A stretch of DNA of 64,000 nucleotides from Fistulifera solaris (Eukaryota): positions 558,001-622,000 of the forward strand of contig AP026169.1 of assembly GCA_030295235.1 (NCBI GenBank), given 5' to 3'. Under the pieces are notes generated by a model, which saw only the letters and a program-made list of their open reading frames with translations, did not search any database and was not told the DNA's origin. Below, piece after piece: positions 61,813 through 64,000 of the stretch. The translations under genes and the position numbers were made by a program. How positions within the stretch are numbered: the stretch's first letter is position 1; the number at the start of each line of letters is the position of its first letter.

Positions 61813-61999
61813 CAAGTCAAAGCTGGCTGTAATTTTTGGCACACAGTGAATCCGTTTGTTGTTTTTTTGTGTGTGTGACGAAGAAAATGAAAAGACTGGT
61901 AGGTCAAAGAATGAATACTCTGACAGAAAACAATGAAAGAAAAATGGATCCGACTTTTTTGTGTTGTTGTCGTTTGTCGTTTGTCGTTGCCACCTTCGA

Positions 62000-62180
62000 C
62001 GTACCGGTACCGGTACCCTGGTACTCTTTCGGGTGAAGAGGCACCAGAAACCGTACAGGTACAAGGTACAGTACCGGTACGGTACCTGTACCTGTTAGGT
62101 ACCTGTACCAGATCCTCTGCAGTACATCCGTTAGAGTTAGGGTCAGGGTAGTTGGTACGCCGAGCATCGTACCAGGTACA
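62000..62180. repeat. Low-complexity cluster of GTAC-core palindromic words
   Basis: gtaccggtaccggtacc, gtacaggtacaaggtacagtaccggtacggtacctgtacc and further GTAC words. Confidence 0.8.
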
Positions 62181-62760
62181 GTCATGGGACGTGAAGTTAC
62201 GATACGCTTCAGATGTCGAGAGTCAAGATCCGCCATGATGTGGAAGAATGACGAGTTTGTCGTCTTCCCGCTTTCTGAGAATTCCTATGATGTCCTTTTG
62301 CACTGCAAAAAGTGAAAGAAATGACATCATCACGGTCCTAAATCCTGTATTTTGTTGTAACTGTGGACGACCTTTTTAAACGACTTAAGGATTTCAGTCC
62401 CGTCACTCGTCAACTAGAGCGTTTCTTACACTTTTTTGCGCCGTCTTGTGACATAGACAAGATGGTCGAAAGATCTCATTGCAGGATAACCAGACATCAA
62501 AATAACAACATAGTCATTCTTTGTGACTAATCATCGGAATTTAAAAGTTGTAATTGATCTCCCTCCCTTTCACCACAGCCACGAGATTCATAAAGAATTC
62601 TCGGACGTATGTTGTAAGGACTTTGTTGTTGGCATTGTATGTCGCTTGCGACAAAAACAGTGGGTTGTCATTTGAAGAGACGAACGAAAGCGTCCTCATT
62701 TGGATGCATCGACGTCGTGTAAGTCTTATTGATTCAACAAGAATGAACAGGATGATTCAG

Positions 62761-63476
62761 TCAGTAACCAACGGTAACAGCCACACAAACAACAATCATA
62801 TCCGTATTCGTATCGCCCATCGACTCTATAGCTTTTCCACTGTTCGCGATCATTCCACCGTCTTGAATTTGGACGCGTATGTGACCATAGGGGAAGGCTG
62901 CTTTCACCGCGGAAAGATCCAAATCCGCCTGGTACTTGGAAGGAACAGCGACTAACACATCCAGTTTCATGGCATCTCGACCTCCCGGTATGATATCTCC
63001 AATACTAGGAATCTGATTGAATTCAATGGCGTTTCGACACGCTCTCACTAGGGGAATTATCGGAACGAAAGACGAGAGAGCAGCGATTTGTCGTGAACGT
63101 AAAAAGCTATGATTCAGTGTAAAAGACAATCCTCTTCAAAGCAAGATCCCTTCCCTACTTACCAGCTGCTTTGGTGGAATTTTGCCCATGGGCGTCGGCG
63201 CCGAAACCTGGCAGAAATAAAATATAGAAGGATGAGTGTTATTCAAGAAAAAAACAGCTTTTTGCTATCTTTCATCACTACTGACAAGAACGCACCACAT
63301 TCAACAAAGAGAATCTTTTCAACATGGGGATTTTCCGATAAAAATAGTCTCATTGTTGACGACCGGACGGAACATTTATCGGCTCGCAGTATTGAAAATG
63401 AAGGTCGTGCAACGAATCCCTGGACGGATGTTGTAGCAGCAAATAGAGCCACCAAAAAGAGTATGCAAGGATTCAT
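62761..63476 (-). CDS. Lin0512-family conserved protein, plastid-type presequence; introns 63208..63295 and 63048..63162
   Basis: Spliced: ILFVECGFGADAHGQNSTKAAVRACRNAIEFN...VKAAFPYG...IVVCVAVTVGY; signal ending VQG-F. Confidence 0.85.
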
Positions 63477-63945
63477 GGAAAGAGAAAATGTAATAGGATG
63501 ATTCTTTTCTAGATGGTTGAAAGTTGAAATAGGGAGTAATAATACAGAGTACCGGTACTCCGTAATAAACAATGGCGGCGGCAGACATCCGACTGAACTG
63601 CATTTCAGTCACGAGACGAGAAAGCTTCCTTACTACTCCTTATTCATTAGCGAATAATCTACCTTTATTAGCACCAATTTTAGGTCAATGGTTGATACAC
63701 GAGGACACTTGAGCTCGAACGTCATTGGTGTACGGGCAGATGAAATTGCGTTTCGCCTACCAAAACCTCCGTTTGACAATTAATTGGAAAGTGACTCGAT
63801 GCTTGGTTAATAGTTACAGCATCATTAGATTTCTTTGAAGCAGGGAGCAAACGATGCTAGTACCAAATTCCTATAGCTAGAAGACCAGCGAGAATATGTC
63901 GCAGTCAGAGCAGTTTATTGCAGTAGTATGTATCGACACAGTTGA

Positions 63946-64000
63946 TTAATATCCGACAGTCACAGCGACGCAGACGATCACCATATCCGCATTTTTGTCT
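63946..64000 (-). CDS. 3' end of a second Lin0512-family paralog (gene continues beyond window)
   Basis: Minus strand reads DKNADMVIVCVAVTVGY-stop, against DTNTDMIVVCVAVTVGY-stop in the neighbouring gene. Confidence 0.8.
   Translation of the reverse strand, partial: DKNADMVIVCVAVTVGY

Noticed and set aside
62131..62150. gttagagttagggtcaggg as an interstitial telomeric repeat
   Set aside because: Only one perfect TTAGGG; too short to support.
61813..62236. Upstream extension of the SDR ORF and ORF 61904..62236
   Set aside because: They translate GTAC-rich low-complexity DNA; the plausible SDR start is the ATG at 61812.

Overview
Gene-dense eukaryotic nuclear DNA, most likely from a (pennate) diatom. 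Evidence: short GT-AG introns, bipartite plastid-targeting presequences with an aromatic residue after the signal cleavage site, and frustulin-type CxGxC domains. About 33 protein-coding genes are recognisable, mostly housekeeping (TIM44, LSM8, SEC20, URB1, EAPP, eIF3K, TRAPPC4, NDUFB2, NDUFA3-like, RBM28, RPL39, ABC1 kinase, subtilase, SDR). More than 15 small frameshifts, nearly all in homopolymer runs, interrupt essential genes and point to uncorrected long-read assembly errors rather than pseudogenes. Highlights: (1) a plastid-targeted, low-complexity protein with seven K-P-x(1,2)-[YF]-S-P-F-G-[KR]-K-M motifs on a 58-aa period and CO2-responsive-type promoter elements, a candidate pyrenoid Rubisco-linker; (2) a tail-to-tail pair of plastid-targeted PebA-like bilin reductases; (3) a ~2,100-aa secreted protein fusing 12 frustulin acr domains, a mucin-like stalk and an LRR domain; (4) an ArgA-type amino-acid-kinase domain with no acetyltransferase domain; (5) a DUF2993/LmeA protein split by EF-hands; (6) tandem Lin0512-family paralogs; (7) non-coding patterns (7-bp tandem duplications, a degenerate ~220-bp repeat, GTAC clusters). 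No rRNA, tRNA, CRISPR or transposon was recognised. Family calls are from recalled motifs; no searches were run.
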